From assembly GCA_964347415.1 (NCBI GenBank), contig CAYFYJ010000009.1, forward strand, positions 7,940 to 71,939: a DNA stretch of 64,000 nt, read 5' to 3'. The translations under genes and the position numbers were made by a program. This DNA is from an uncultured archaeon (GTDB lineage Archaea; Aenigmatarchaeota; Aenigmatarchaeia; CG10238-14). This document shows positions 63,193-64,000 of this stretch, in pieces (the first letter of the stretch is position 1; the number at the start of each line of letters is the position of its first letter). Below the pieces are notes generated by a model that saw only the letters and a list, made by a program, of their open reading frames with translations, did not search any database and was not told the DNA's origin.

Positions 63193-63831
63193 ATGAATAA
63201 AAAACTCTTAATTATATTTTCACTGATTTTATGTTTACCTATTGTTGTTTCTGCCGATCAAGAAAAAGCATCATACTCATTGGTAATGTTACCTGAGAAA
63301 ATTACAATTAACCCCGGTGAAAACATTACTATTCGAGTTTATTTTTCAGGTGACGGTGATGTAAAGAGTTCAAAACTCGGTTTATATGTTGGGGGAGATT
63401 TTGATATTTACGGATATATTCTGGCTAATGAAAAGCCAAACATTTCAAAATCTTGGATTATTCTCACCCCACTGGATTTCCTAATCAATGAAAGGTTAGA
63501 AATGTTCCCATCAGTTTATTTAAGATGTTCTGAAATTGGTTCTCCTTTCATAGAAAAATGTTATGATGCAACTAAGGAAAGACCAGAGTTTAAAAATCCC
63601 ATAACAATTAAGTTAGGCAATACTCGATTTGAAGGCGATCATGAAATTGTCGGTGTCCTCTCATATCAAGATATGGATGGTGACTGGCATACTTCTCAAT
63701 TTACAGTAAAATTTCATGTTTATACCTGGTGGGAAAGAATTTATTATTCCTCAGCGTTAATTATAGCAATTTCTGCTCTAGCAATATCCTTTACATCATT
63801 AATGGTTTCATTATTTAGAAAATCAAAATAA
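63193..63831 (+). CDS. Secreted protein with C-terminal membrane anchor
   Basis: Signal-like N-terminus MNKKLLIIFSLILCLPIVVSA, beta-rich body, C-terminal TM plus RKSK. Confidence 0.5.
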   Translation: MNKKLLIIFSLILCLPIVVSADQEKASYSLVMLPEKITINPGENITIRVYFSGDGDVKSSKLGLYVGGDFDIYGYILANEKPNISKSWIILTPLDFLINERLEMFPSVYLRCSEIGSPFIEKCYDATKERPEFKNPITIKLGNTRFEGDHEIVGVLSYQDMDGDWHTSQFTVKFHVYTWWERIYYSSALIIAISALAISFTSLMVSLFRKSK

Positions 63832-63935
63832 TTCTTAACATTCACTCACGGCGATAATTACGATAGTCCTAATACATGTATTAATAATATTATAATGGAG
63901 ATAGATTTTTGTTCTTAAGGAAGATAATTAGATTA

Positions 63936-64000
63936 TGAAGAAGCTCAAGAATGCTTTCTACAAGATACTGCCGAATTATACTGAAGAGAGCTTGTTTGTT
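63936..64000 (+). CDS. 5' fragment of an ORF running off the right edge
   Basis: ATG AAG AAG CTC.. stays open to the window end. Only 21 codons are visible. Confidence 0.25.

Noticed and set aside
1-64000. Alternative genetic code (stop-codon reassignment) as an explanation for the odd aRF1 motifs.
   Set aside because: TAA, TAG and TGA each terminate conserved genes at normal lengths (nth and Lhr; rtcA and the radical SAM gene; uL5 and NFACT). I saw no conserved gene interrupted by an in-frame stop.
1-64000. CRISPR arrays, rRNA genes, transposases, integrases and toxin-antitoxin pairs.
   Set aside because: Scanning both strands by eye, I found no regularly spaced direct repeats, no rRNA-like GC-rich blocks and no ORFs with the corresponding signatures.

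Overview
AT-rich (roughly one-third G+C by eye), very gene-dense archaeal chromosome segment. Archaeal markers are TBP, aRF1, RpoK/RpoN, eS4, eL18, Rpp29 and an intron-containing tRNA, and many genes are joined by 4-nt ATGA/GTGA start-stop overlaps. A small-genome, DPANN-like origin is only an inference from gene content.

Contents:
- A surface protein of at least 1116 codons (M64-peptidase / PKD / beta-helix) that runs off the left edge. The ORF track misses it.
- An Lhr helicase and two radical SAM enzymes.
- Information-processing genes: nth, pyrH, NFACT, tbp, scpB, serS, valS, tyrS, aRF1, rtcA and a beta-CASP RNase.
- A truncated ribosomal-protein operon: rnp1-S17-L14-[Nudix]-L24-S4e-L5-[61-aa ORF]-S14.
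- A second cluster: tRNA-Ser, tRNA-Gly, L18e-L13-S9-RpoN.
- Metabolic and transport genes: PhoU-like + PiT, malic enzyme + LarA-like, carbamate kinase + ornithine carbamoyltransferase, and an OPT transporter + type II pantothenate kinase.
- A 35-43 kb stretch of poorly characterised genes.

I saw no rRNA, CRISPR array, transposase or integrase.

Most notable observations:
1. The 58-nt intron of tRNA-Ser(CGA) has a complete box C/D guide-RNA layout (C-12nt-D'-3nt-C'-12nt-D).
2. The aRF1 gene encodes GGW where the invariant catalytic GGQ should be, and NVKS instead of NIKS.
3. The giant surface-protein ORF has no canonical start codon, and a 7-nt homopolymer separates an out-of-frame TTG from the main frame.
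4. A Nudix hydrolase and an orphan 61-aa ORF are translationally coupled inside the ribosomal-protein operon, and uL24 overlaps eS4 by 98 nt.
5. A DDAH/arginine-deiminase-fold protein appears to lack the nucleophilic Cys; it lies about 6 kb from arcC-arcB.

All calls come from reading the sequence and the translations by eye. No database searches were run.
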